Below, piece by piece: positions 1 through 8,562 of a stretch of 64,000 bases of DNA. Each line of letters opens with the position of its first letter. Within the stretch, counting starts at the first letter, position 1. The notes under the pieces are model-generated. The model was not told where the DNA came from, did no database searches, and was given only the letters and a program-made list of their open reading frames with translations. This stretch comes from a virus: IMG/VR virus record IMGVR_UViG_3300044782_000023. One strand, given 5' to 3'. The position numbers were made by a program, and so were the translations under genes.

Positions 1-148
1 GGCTGTCATATGCGCAAGACTGTGTCCTGCAACGGAAACGAGCGGATGTTGTGAGGACCGGCCTGGCCGAGACGAACATGCCGCTACGATCCGGTGTAGA
101 GCGGCTGCTGGAACACAGTGCATCGGCGGGCACTGATCGTCAGCAGCC
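1..148 (+). ncRNA. putative structured RNA upstream of tRNA-Met
   Basis: Nested complementary segments GGCTG/CAGCC, ATGC/GCAT, ACTGTGT/ACACAGT, GCAAC/GTTGT, GCCGCT/AGCGGC; no credible ORF. Confidence 0.4.
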
Positions 149-154
149 GATCGC

Positions 155-227
155 AGCGGGATGGTGCAGTTGGTAGCACGTCGGACTCATAATCCGAAGG
201 TCGGCGGTTCGAATCCGTCTCCCGCCA
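155..227 (+). tRNA. tRNA-Met(CAT), initiator-like fold, CCA not encoded
   Basis: Cloverleaf: acceptor AGCGGGA/TCCCGCC, D arm GTGC/GCAC, anticodon arm TCGGA-CTCATAA-TCCGA (CAT at 188-190), T arm GGCGG-TTCGAAT-CCGTC. Confidence 0.9.
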
Positions 228-342
228 CGAGACGCCCCTGGCGCACCAGGACGCCCGGTCGGCCGGACCGTGAAAGTAAACGGACCGGTAGAGCAGCCGC
301 TGGTGGGGGTGAAGACGGAGGAACACCGTCAAGCAAGCGCAT

Positions 343-412
343 GGGGCACGTGGTCATTGGTTCGGGAGTTGCTCTCCAGTTCCTTTCAGAGGTTCGATTC
401 CTCTGGGCTCCA
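343..412 (+). ncRNA. tRNA-like element with Ala-type acceptor (G3:U70) and intact T arm, degenerate D/anticodon arms
   Basis: GGGGCAC...GGGCTCC-A acceptor; AGAGG-TTCGATT-CCTCT T arm; central part forms only GGAG-TTGCT-CTCC. Confidence 0.55.
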
Positions 413-518
413 CGCGGCACGATATGTTGGTGAGTGACGGCCCGAGGCACCACAGCGGCCCGATCCGATCCGGCCTCTGCACGCCTTGACAGGGCCAGTC
501 CTGCGCAAAACTGGACGG

Positions 519-555
519 AAAGCCCCGACGCAGCCCCCTGCGTCGGGGCTTTTTT
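519..555 (+). terminator. intrinsic terminator closing the RNA cluster
   Basis: AAAGCCCCGACGCAG-CCCC-CTGCGTCGGGGCTTT followed by further T residues. Confidence 0.85.
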
Positions 556-591
556 CGCTGTTCCTGGCCGGGCTCGCGGTAGCCTTCCTCC

Positions 592-1377
592 ATGATGAGA
601 AAACTCGCTGCTGTCGGCGCACTCGCGCTGGTCTGTACCGTACCGGCGGGCGCCGCGAACGCCGATCCTCCCGCCCTGCCCTGCACGGTGGATTACCGCA
701 TGTCCAGCCCGGCCGGTTACGCCGACACCAGCGGGCACACGTTCGTCGGCGGGCTGTCGATCGTGAACCGCTCGGTGGCGCTGGTCCGCACCAACTGCAC
801 CGCCCTGCCGACGGGGTCCACCTGGACGGTCAGTGGTCCCGGTTTCTCCGCCAGCGGCACCGAATCGAACCTAGTCCATGATGTGGTCGCGGTGACGCCG
901 CCGACGTCGAACCGGTCGGCCGGGCTGCGTGTCGACCGCGTTAAGATCCGCATCGTCACTCCAGCGGTCGTGAACGATCCGGCCACCCCGGTGGATGAGA
1001 CCGCCGTGGCAACGGACACGACCTTCTTCCGCGACATCCGGCTGAAGCGGCGGGTGATCGCGACCAAGACGGATGCGGCGCCGGAGCCGGTCCGGTTCGG
1101 CACAACGGTGACCGCGCAGTCCCGGTTCAGCGTCGCCGACTGGTCTGACCAGGATTACGTGGCGCTGTCCGGGCGGACGGTCCGGCTCCAGTCCAGGGAC
1201 CTGGCCGGGGTGTATGACGACAACCTGGTTGTGGCCACGGACGTCACGGACTCCCGTGGTGTGGCCAGCGTGTCGTTCGTCGATACCACCACTCAGGTCT
1301 GGCGGTTCGACTTCAAGGGCTCGGCCACGCTCGGTCATGTTGACGCGGTGGGCGATCTGGTCCGGGTCCGCCCGTAG
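592..1377 (+). CDS. secreted hypothetical protein, 261 aa
   Basis: Signal-peptide-like N-terminus (MMRKLAAVGALALVCTVPAGAANA-D), beta-rich mature part. Confidence 0.7.
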   Translation: MMRKLAAVGALALVCTVPAGAANADPPALPCTVDYRMSSPAGYADTSGHTFVGGLSIVNRSVALVRTNCTALPTGSTWTVSGPGFSASGTESNLVHDVVAVTPPTSNRSAGLRVDRVKIRIVTPAVVNDPATPVDETAVATDTTFFRDIRLKRRVIATKTDAAPEPVRFGTTVTAQSRFSVADWSDQDYVALSGRTVRLQSRDLAGVYDDNLVVATDVTDSRGVASVSFVDTTTQVWRFDFKGSATLGHVDAVGDLVRVRP

Positions 1378-1404
1378 ACAAGCGGTTGTCAACTGATATA
1401 CGAT
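1375..1404 (+). promoter_or_regulatory. sigma70-type promoter with operator palindrome, upstream of the packaging/structural operon
   Basis: TAGACA-18nt-TACGAT with GACAAGCGGTTGTC palindrome. Confidence 0.65.
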
Positions 1405-1444
1405 CACCCTGATTGGTGCAGCGAAATACCCGGTCGTCGTCGTC

Positions 1445-2083
1445 ATGCCTCAGCCGGGGGCACGCCGCCGATCGAACGAGGCCCCGCCGGTTCGCCGGTC
1501 GGGGCCTCGTCTTGTCACCTCGTCTATGCTGATCTCCATGGGTGGACCTGGAAGTGGTGGAGCGCGCGCTCGCAGTGGTGGGCCGCCGCCGGACCCGCAC
1601 GCGCTCGCGCGCCAGCGGGACGGCAAGGAATGGACGAAACTGCCGTCGGCTGGCCGGATGGGGGAACCACCGGAATGGCCGGATGAGGTCGTGGAGCCGA
1701 ACGAGAAGGAACTGCTGATGTGGCGGCGCATCTGGATGTCGCCGCAGTCGCTCGTCTGGGAAGCCGACCACGCGCAGGACATGGTCGCCTTCTACGTGCG
1801 GACCTACCTGGAGGCGATGAAGCCTCACGCTGGTGCGCAGGCTCGGACGTTCGTGAAGCAGATGTCGGAAGCGTTGCTGCTGAGCCCGGCCAGCCTCACC
1901 CAGCAGCGGTATGTGATCGACGGGACCCCTGAGGCTCGGGCGATCGATGCCGCCGTGGCTGACCATGCTGCGAATGCCCGCCGACGCGGCCCTGGCAAGT
2001 CGGCTCGCGAGCGCTTCACCGTTGTGCAGCCGCCCGACGATGAGCCGGAAACGGATGTCGCGTCCGAGGAACCTCCGTTCTGA
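1445..2083 (+). CDS. terminase small subunit (true start may be downstream)
   Basis: GGARARSGGPPPDPHALARQR motif typical of actinophage TerS; position before TerL. Confidence 0.7.
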   Translation: MPQPGARRRSNEAPPVRRSGPRLVTSSMLISMGGPGSGGARARSGGPPPDPHALARQRDGKEWTKLPSAGRMGEPPEWPDEVVEPNEKELLMWRRIWMSPQSLVWEADHAQDMVAFYVRTYLEAMKPHAGAQARTFVKQMSEALLLSPASLTQQRYVIDGTPEARAIDAAVADHAANARRRGPGKSARERFTVVQPPDDEPETDVASEEPPF

Positions 2084-2265
2084 TGGGGGCTCATCGGCGT
2101 ACTTTTGCCAGGCTGGAAAGTAGGCTGGCGATGGCTACCGACTCGGCGAGCCGAGACGCGATTCTCGACCAGTGGCTGGACGTATCAACGCTGGCCACGG
2201 ATTACGATGCCGACCAGTGGGGTCTGAACCCCGATGATCCGATGTGGCAGGTGGGTTCCGAGTGA
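2083..2265 (+). CDS. hypothetical protein, 60 aa
   Basis: TGATG overlap with terS; GTGA overlap with next ORF. Confidence 0.55.
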   Translation: MGAHRRTFARLESRLAMATDSASRDAILDQWLDVSTLATDYDADQWGLNPDDPMWQVGSE

Positions 2266-2564
2266 AATGCGTGAAGATTGATGTGGAGAGCGCCATCCCC
2301 GAGGGGGAACTGGCGGACGGGCTTTTCAGCACGTTCATGAAGAACGATCTAGCCAAGAAGATCATCGACCAGCATCGTCACCGTGCCGACGAGGCTGCCT
2401 CATCTGTCGGGGGTAGCGTTCGCACTGACCGGGTGCCGGAGTTCTACATCCGGCGCGGCTCGGACCTGGTCGAAGGCGGTGATTTCCTGCTGACCGCCTC
2501 CCGGTGGGACGTCTGGGTGCCGGATGGCTTTGACCCGAAGCGCGTGGACAGTGCGAGCCGGTAG
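2262..2564 (+). CDS. hypothetical protein, about 100 aa
   Basis: GTG start overlapping previous stop; TAGTG overlap with terL. Confidence 0.6.
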   Translation: MKCVKIDVESAIPEGELADGLFSTFMKNDLAKKIIDQHRHRADEAASSVGGSVRTDRVPEFYIRRGSDLVEGGDFLLTASRWDVWVPDGFDPKRVDSASR

Positions 2565-5500
2565 TGCCGCTGCCGGTTCCGCAGAATGAGTACCTGGTCG
2601 ATTTTCCCACGCTCTGGGTGGCGATCGACTGGGTTGAGCACCACTGCGTCATCCCTGATGGCTTCGCGAAAGGCCAGCCGTACGAACTGGCCGACTGGCA
2701 GACGTGGTTCTATGTCAACCATTACCGGATCAAGCCGACCGCTTCATTGGATGGTCGACCGGCGGTGGGCGCTCCCGCGTTTCACTACCGGCGGTCCCAG
2801 ATCGTCATGCCGCAGAAGGCGCTTGCTCTAGACACGCCGATCGCCACGCCGAACGGCTGGTCCACGATGGAGCGTCTGATCGTCGGTGACCTGGTGTTCG
2901 ATAAGGATGGCCAGCCGACCAAGGTGCTGTCCAAGTCGCATCGCTGGCTGACTGATACCTTCCGGGTCGAGTTTAGCGACGGCTCCAGCCTGATCGCTTG
3001 TGGTGACCACGAGTGGGTGATTGTTGGTCTGCCGAGCCGGGTCTCGACGATGGGATTGATGCCGGGAATGTCCGTGCCCGCCGTCCCGGCCTTTCATAAG
3101 CCTGAGCGCCGAATCACCGCGATCACGCCGATCGAACCGGTGCTGACGCAATGCCTGACGGTCGAGTCAACGACGCACACGTTCCTTGCTGGGTCGGAGA
3201 TGATTCCCACTGGCAACTCTGGCAAGGGTCCGTTAACGGCGTCTCAGTGCTGTCTTGAGGGAGTGGGCCCGGCGCTGTTCGCTGGCTGGGCAGTAGAGGG
3301 CGACGTCTATCGCTGCCGGGACCATGGCTGCCCTTGTGGGTGGGAGTACTGGTATGGCGCGGGCGAGCCGATGGGTGTGCCGTGGCCGACACCACTGATT
3401 CAGATCACGGCATTTTCTGAGGAGCAGCCGCTAGCGCTGGACACCCCGGTTCCAACGCCGACCGGCTGGAGCAGCGTCGGAGCATTGAAAATCGGAGACG
3501 AGGTCTTCGATCAGGATGGGATACGCCAGACGGTTCAGCGCGCGACTCGCGTCATCAATGGGCTTGAATGTTTTGAGGTGACTTTCTCGGATGGCGAGAA
3601 AATTGTCGCGTCTGCCGGTCATGGCTGGACTATGGAGCGGAAGACGTCCCATGGCGATCGCCATGAAGTGGTCACTGTCACCACGGAAGAGTTGGCCGAG
3701 ACATACCTGAACGCGCGATACCGGACGGGAGCGGGGGCCGAATGGGAACTTCCCCGCGCGGACCTGGCGCTTGACCCGTATCTGCTGGGGTTGTGGCTCG
3801 GAGATGGCAGCACGGCGGATTCGACAATCGCCTATGACTCCCGGCTTCGGGGAGAGATGGAATCTATTGTCAAGCCGTTGCTGGCTGAGCATGAAGAGAT
3901 CGTCTGGACGCAGTCTGGAGGCAACGAAGGTACTTTCAGGATTCGACGCCGATACGGTCACGATCTGCTTGATAAGAGTTGCGGGGCTTGCCCCCGTGGT
4001 GAGCCACGGGACTCCATGCGCGAAACACTCCGAAGCATCGGGGTGCTCGGAGACAAGCACATACCCGATATCTATCTTCGTGCTTCCGCTGCCCAGCGTC
4101 GTGGTCTGCTCCAGGGGATGATCGACTCTGATGGCCATGTTGAAGCAAACGGGCGGGCCGGTTTCACCAATACGAACCCCCGCATCATCGCCGGGCTGGA
4201 GGAATTGCTGACCAGTCTCGGATACGCGCACAATAAGCGTTGGGACCGGACGGCCAATGCCTGGCGGTTGTTTTTTGTCCCAACGAGCGAAGCGCCGGTA
4301 GCCCGGTTGGCGCACAAGGTGGTTCGCCGCCGGGGATCGGCCTGGAGATATGTCTCCGAGGTTCGGCCTGTGGAGTCCGTTCCAGTTCGGTGCATCGGCA
4401 TCGACACTGAGGAGCACCTGTTCCTAGTCGGTCGGCGAGCCGTCCCGACGCACAACACTGACAACGTTTATGGCGCGTTGAAGCCGATGATCGAAAACGG
4501 TCCGCTCGCCAATATCGTCCCCCGCGTCGGGGAGGAGTTTATGCGCTTGCCTGGCGGCGGACGAATTGACACCGTCACCAGCAACAATCAGTCGCGTCTG
4601 GGCCAGCGGGTTACGTTCGTACCACAAGATGAAGCCATGCATCTAGACACTCCTCTCCCAACCCCAACTGGCTGGACGACGATGGGCGAAGTGGAGGTCG
4701 GCGATCTGCTCATCGGAGCGGATGGACGACCCGTCCGCGTTATCAAGACGACCGAAGTCCAACACGGACGGATCTGTTATCGAGTGACGTTCAAGGATGG
4801 CACGTCTGTCGTTGCGAGCGACGGCCATCAGTGGCTTACTCGTGTTGCCGCGTCGGTGGCGAAGCCGCAGGTACGCACGACGGGTGACATGTTCAGCAAC
4901 CCGCTCACACCCAACAGTAGGCAGCCGCGCCGATTCTGCGTTCCCGCTCCTGAGCCGTATGACCTCCCCGAAGTCGACCTCCCCGTATCGCCATACCTCC
5001 TGGGCCTCTGGCTGGGCGACGGGCGCACCGGCAACATGGAGATCGCTGCCCATAACGATGAAGCCGAGGAGCTTTGTCAATATTTGATCGAAGATGGCGC
5101 GAGCGAGGCGCGCGTCTGGCGACGGCAGCCGAAGGTCCCCATCATCAAACTCTCGCGCAAGATGGGCTTCCAGGGAGATTTGCGGCCTGATTACGTCAAG
5201 CGCTTCCAAGCGCTGCCTGCTTATCGGCTGAAGCACATCCCTGAGGAGTACTTTCGCGCATCGCTGGAGCAGCGACTGATGCTGCTTCGCGGCCTGATGG
5301 ATTCTGACGGGCACTGCACAGCCACTGGGTTCTGTACTTTCGCGGGCAACGAGCAACTGACCGGCGACATGGTGCGACTACTGCGAACGGTCGGAATCAG
5401 CGTCCAAAACGTGAAGCGGGCCGACCCACGAGCACGGACTGGTTTTGGCTGGAAGGTGAACTTCACCCCAAGGAACGGAATGCAACCGTTCCGGCTCAAG

Positions 5501-6694
5501 AGGAAGGCTGATCGGGTGAAGTCGGCTTGGGCCGGTTCCGATTGGATCGTCATTTCGTCCATCGAGCCAGTGGAGTCGGTTCCCGTCCGCTGCGTTGGCG
5601 TTGACTCTGACGACCACCTGTTCTTGGCTGGCGAGGGTGGGCACGTCACGCATAACTGCGGGTTGTGGCTGCCGATGAGCAAGGACGGCAAGGGCGGCAA
5701 CATGGTGAAGGTCGCCCACACTCAGCGCCGTGGCGCGTCCGGTATGAGCGGGAGAGTCACCGAATCCACTAACGCCTGGGACCCGAGCGAGAACAGTGTC
5801 GCGCAGCAGACCGCGCTGTCGGCGCTGACGAAGAAGGATATTTTCCGCCTGCACCGGCTGGCTCCGTCCACCTGGTCGTTCACTGACAAGCGCGAGCGCC
5901 GCAAGATCCTCAAGTTCGTTTACAAGGGGTCCTGGTGGGTGGACCTGGATTCGATCGAGGCGGAAGCCTCCGAGATCCTCCTTACCGATCCCGGCCAGGC
6001 CGAACGCTTCTACGGCAACAGGGTTGTGGCCGGGCTCGGACAGTGGATGGATGACGCGCTGTGGGAGGCGCATGAGGAGGACCGGGTGGTGCCGGATGGC
6101 ACCGCGGTCGCGGGCGGGTTCGACGGGTCGGAAAATGACGACTGGACGGCGATCCGGTTGGAGACGCAGGACGGGTTCCGTTTCACCCCGCGTTACGGGC
6201 CGGACCGGCGCCCGGCGTACTGGAACCCGGGCGAGTGGGGTGGTTCGATCCCGCGCGGTGAGGTCAATGCTTGCGTCGACGAGATCAGCCGCCGGTACCG
6301 GCTGCGGCGGTTCTACTGCGACCCCCGCGACTGGCGCAGTGAGATCGGGGAGTGGGCGCTGAAGGTCGGCGAGGAGGAGGTGTTTGAGTGGTCCACGTAC
6401 CGGATCGACGCCATGTTCTTGGCGCTGAAGCGGACCTTCAACGACCTGAAGTCCGGCCGGACTAAGCATGACCGTGACCCGGTCGCGGCCCAGCACATCA
6501 GCAACGCGCGGAAGGTGGCGAAACCGGGGGATAAGTACATCCTCGGTAAGCCGGATGCGCACAGGAAGATCGACATCGCGATGGCGGATACCCTGGCGCA
6601 TGAGGCCGCAGCCGATCTTCATGCCATCGGGCCTGACGCGTGGGCACCGAAGCGGCGGCTCACGCGGATGTCCGGCCGCGCCAGATCGTACTAG
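2564..6694 (+). CDS. terL: terminase large subunit with three inteins (1376 aa precursor, about 559 aa spliced)
   Basis: Spliced sequence restores Walker A PQK/SGKG, Walker B region FVPQDE/CG and C-terminal nuclease motifs (GFDGS, KIDIAMA); located before portal. Confidence 0.93.
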   Translation: MPLPVPQNEYLVDFPTLWVAIDWVEHHCVIPDGFAKGQPYELADWQTWFYVNHYRIKPTASLDGRPAVGAPAFHYRRSQIVMPQKALALDTPIATPNGWSTMERLIVGDLVFDKDGQPTKVLSKSHRWLTDTFRVEFSDGSSLIACGDHEWVIVGLPSRVSTMGLMPGMSVPAVPAFHKPERRITAITPIEPVLTQCLTVESTTHTFLAGSEMIPTGNSGKGPLTASQCCLEGVGPALFAGWAVEGDVYRCRDHGCPCGWEYWYGAGEPMGVPWPTPLIQITAFSEEQPLALDTPVPTPTGWSSVGALKIGDEVFDQDGIRQTVQRATRVINGLECFEVTFSDGEKIVASAGHGWTMERKTSHGDRHEVVTVTTEELAETYLNARYRTGAGAEWELPRADLALDPYLLGLWLGDGSTADSTIAYDSRLRGEMESIVKPLLAEHEEIVWTQSGGNEGTFRIRRRYGHDLLDKSCGACPRGEPRDSMRETLRSIGVLGDKHIPDIYLRASAAQRRGLLQGMIDSDGHVEANGRAGFTNTNPRIIAGLEELLTSLGYAHNKRWDRTANAWRLFFVPTSEAPVARLAHKVVRRRGSAWRYVSEVRPVESVPVRCIGIDTEEHLFLVGRRAVPTHNTDNVYGALKPMIENGPLANIVPRVGEEFMRLPGGGRIDTVTSNNQSRLGQRVTFVPQDEAMHLDTPLPTPTGWTTMGEVEVGDLLIGADGRPVRVIKTTEVQHGRICYRVTFKDGTSVVASDGHQWLTRVAASVAKPQVRTTGDMFSNPLTPNSRQPRRFCVPAPEPYDLPEVDLPVSPYLLGLWLGDGRTGNMEIAAHNDEAEELCQYLIEDGASEARVWRRQPKVPIIKLSRKMGFQGDLRPDYVKRFQALPAYRLKHIPEEYFRASLEQRLMLLRGLMDSDGHCTATGFCTFAGNEQLTGDMVRLLRTVGISVQNVKRADPRARTGFGWKVNFTPRNGMQPFRLKRKADRVKSAWAGSDWIVISSIEPVESVPVRCVGVDSDDHLFLAGEGGHVTHNCGLWLPMSKDGKGGNMVKVAHTQRRGASGMSGRVTESTNAWDPSENSVAQQTALSALTKKDIFRLHRLAPSTWSFTDKRERRKILKFVYKGSWWVDLDSIEAEASEILLTDPGQAERFYGNRVVAGLGQWMDDALWEAHEEDRVVPDGTAVAGGFDGSENDDWTAIRLETQDGFRFTPRYGPDRRPAYWNPGEWGGSIPRGEVNACVDEISRRYRLRRFYCDPRDWRSEIGEWALKVGEEEVFEWSTYRIDAMFLALKRTFNDLKSGRTKHDRDPVAAQHISNARKVAKPGDKYILGKPDAHRKIDIAMADTLAHEAAADLHAIGPDAWAPKRRLTRMSGRARSY
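2819..3217 (+). mobile_element. class-3 mini-intein 1 in TerL (133 aa, no endonuclease)
   Basis: ALALDTP start, DHEW (Trp), TQCLTV (Cys), ends IPTGN followed by Ser+1. Confidence 0.85.
3428..4456 (+). mobile_element. class-3 intein 2 in TerL with LAGLIDADG endonuclease (343 aa)
   Basis: PLALDTP start, GHGW, VRCIGI, VPTHN/Thr+1; LLGLWLGDG and LQGMIDSDG motifs. Confidence 0.92.
4634..5656 (+). mobile_element. class-3 intein 3 in TerL with LAGLIDADG endonuclease (341 aa)
   Basis: AMHLDTP start, GHQW, VRCVGV, HVTHN/Cys+1; LLGLWLGDG and LRGLMDSDG motifs. Confidence 0.92.
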
Positions 6695-6703
6695 GAGAAG
6701 CAG

Positions 6704-8392
6704 ATGGCACTGGCTCTGGCGACCACCCCCGATGTCGGCTCCCCCGAATGGTGGGTGAACCGTCTCTACCTGGTGTTGCAGGACCGCCGGGATGAGATCA
6801 ACAAGTACGATGACTACTACCGGGGCAACTTCCCGCTGCCGTGGCTGGCACCGCAGGCCCGCGACGATTTCCGCCGGGTGCTGAAGATGAGCCGGGCCAA
6901 CTACACCGGCTTGGTCATCGACGCCCAGTGCGAGCGGATGGCCGTCGAGGGGTTCTTCGTCACCGAGGACACCGATGGAACCCCAGACATCGACACCAAG
7001 AACGACGATCCGCTGGCGACCGACGCGGCGATGCAGCGGATCTGGCAGGCCAACAACCTGGACACATTCTTCGACCAGGGGCTGCTGGAGGCGGCGATCA
7101 CCGGCCAGTCTTACCTGTTGCTGGAGCCGAACGCGAAAGACTCGAAGACGCCGCATATTTACATTGAGCATTCCAGTCAGGTGGTTATCGCGTTCAAGGC
7201 TGGCACGAACCGCCGGGAGCCGCTGGCTGCACTGAAAGCGTGGACGGATGAGTGGACGGGGAAGATCTTCGCGACCCTGTATCTGGAACGTTCGATCCAC
7301 AAGTTCGAAACCGATGACCGGAACCTGGCCAATATCACCATGCAGGCGGCGGCGGGCGTCCCCGACAACCGGCTGATGCCGATCTGGAATCTCCGCTCGG
7401 TGCAGCAGGCGCAAGGCCCGAACCGGCTTGGCTACGTCCCGATGTTCGAACTGCCCAACAACCCCCGGCTGCTCACCGGTGGCCAGTCGGAAATCTGCGA
7501 TCTAACCGACACGCAGGACCGGATCGTGAAGACCATCGTCGATCGGATGATGACCCAGGATTATGGGGCGTTCCCGCAGAAGTGGGCGTCGGGCTGGCCG
7601 GAGGAGGACGGGTCGGGTAACCCGACCCCGGAGATCCAGATCGGCCGGGACCGGATCATCACCACCGAGGTCGCGGAAACCAAGTTCGGCCAGTTCACGG
7701 CGGCCGACATCAGCGGGTATATCGCCGCCAAGCAGGACGACGTCACGGACATGGCCAGCCGCAGCCGGACCCCGGCGCAATACCTGCTGGGCAGCATGTC
7801 AAACGTGAACAGCGACACCTTGAAGGCGTCTGAGTCCGGGCTGGTCGCGAAGGTCCGGCAGCGGATGCGCGGCCATAACGACCCGCTGGAGAACGCGATG
7901 ATGAGGGTGCGGGAGATGGCCGGGCTCCCCGCCGGACCTGGCGTGAACATCGAGGTGGTGTGGCGTAACCCGGAGTTCCGCACCGAGGGCGAACTGGTGG
8001 ACGCGCTGCTGAAGATGGCCGACCTCGGTGTGCCGGAGGAGGCGCTGTGGGGCCGCTGGGGTGCCACCCCCGAGGAGGTGCGCCGCTGGAAGGCCATGCT
8101 GGAGGACAAGATGAAACGAGCCGCCGCCGGGGACGCCACCGTCATCCTCGCCGAGCGCTACCGGGCCGCCGCCGCCGCACCCGCCGAAGCCGAGGCCGCT
8201 GCCGCAGCGGCGGAGAAGGTCGCCAAGGCGAGAGCCAATGGTGGCGGTGCGAACGACAAGGGCACACAGCCCGGCCAGGCCAGGGGCACGCGCGGCCCCG
8301 GGAACGCACGGACCGGCGGCCAGTCCGGCGGCAACTCGAAGTCCTCAGCGGCCAAGCGCCGCTCTGACGCGCCGAAGCCGAGCACGACATGA
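6704..8392 (+). CDS. portal protein (SPP1 gp6-like) with low-complexity C-terminal tail
   Basis: Position after terL, size, motifs (DDYYRG, YGAFPQKW, ASESGLVAK). Confidence 0.85.
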   Translation: MALALATTPDVGSPEWWVNRLYLVLQDRRDEINKYDDYYRGNFPLPWLAPQARDDFRRVLKMSRANYTGLVIDAQCERMAVEGFFVTEDTDGTPDIDTKNDDPLATDAAMQRIWQANNLDTFFDQGLLEAAITGQSYLLLEPNAKDSKTPHIYIEHSSQVVIAFKAGTNRREPLAALKAWTDEWTGKIFATLYLERSIHKFETDDRNLANITMQAAAGVPDNRLMPIWNLRSVQQAQGPNRLGYVPMFELPNNPRLLTGGQSEICDLTDTQDRIVKTIVDRMMTQDYGAFPQKWASGWPEEDGSGNPTPEIQIGRDRIITTEVAETKFGQFTAADISGYIAAKQDDVTDMASRSRTPAQYLLGSMSNVNSDTLKASESGLVAKVRQRMRGHNDPLENAMMRVREMAGLPAGPGVNIEVVWRNPEFRTEGELVDALLKMADLGVPEEALWGRWGATPEEVRRWKAMLEDKMKRAAAGDATVILAERYRAAAAAPAEAEAAAAAAEKVAKARANGGGANDKGTQPGQARGTRGPGNARTGGQSGGNSKSSAAKRRSDAPKPSTT

Positions 8393-8562
8393 GCGATCCG
8401 GACGTGATTGATCAGGTCGCTTGGGCACTACATTGCTGGACCTGCCCGGTCTGCGTCGTCAACGGTATCGAAGCGATGGCACACAGCGACCAGGACCATG
8501 TGACTGAGCCAGATCGAATGCAGGCAGCGTTCCTCGTCGGCATGCTGGGACTGACCAAATGA
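8389..8562 (+). CDS. small Cys/His-rich protein, 57 aa (absent from ORF track)
   Basis: MSDPDVIDQVAWALHCWTCPVC...; ATGA overlaps at both ends. Confidence 0.6.
   Translation: MSDPDVIDQVAWALHCWTCPVCVVNGIEAMAHSDQDHVTEPDRMQAAFLVGMLGLTK

Noticed and set aside
343-412. Full tmRNA gene
   Set aside because: Only 70 nt between acceptor halves; no tag reading frame or pseudoknots.
414-480. Third tRNA-like remnant
   Set aside because: Only a weak T-arm-like hairpin and poor acceptor pairing; not distinguishable from chance at this GC content.
486-515. TTGACA promoter candidate
   Set aside because: No TANNNT at 17-18 nt spacing and no palindromic half-site; lies just before a terminator.
5378-7414. 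678-aa minus-strand ORF
   Set aside because: Antisense shadow of terL/portal in high-GC DNA; no motifs, and an amino-acid composition typical of reverse frames.
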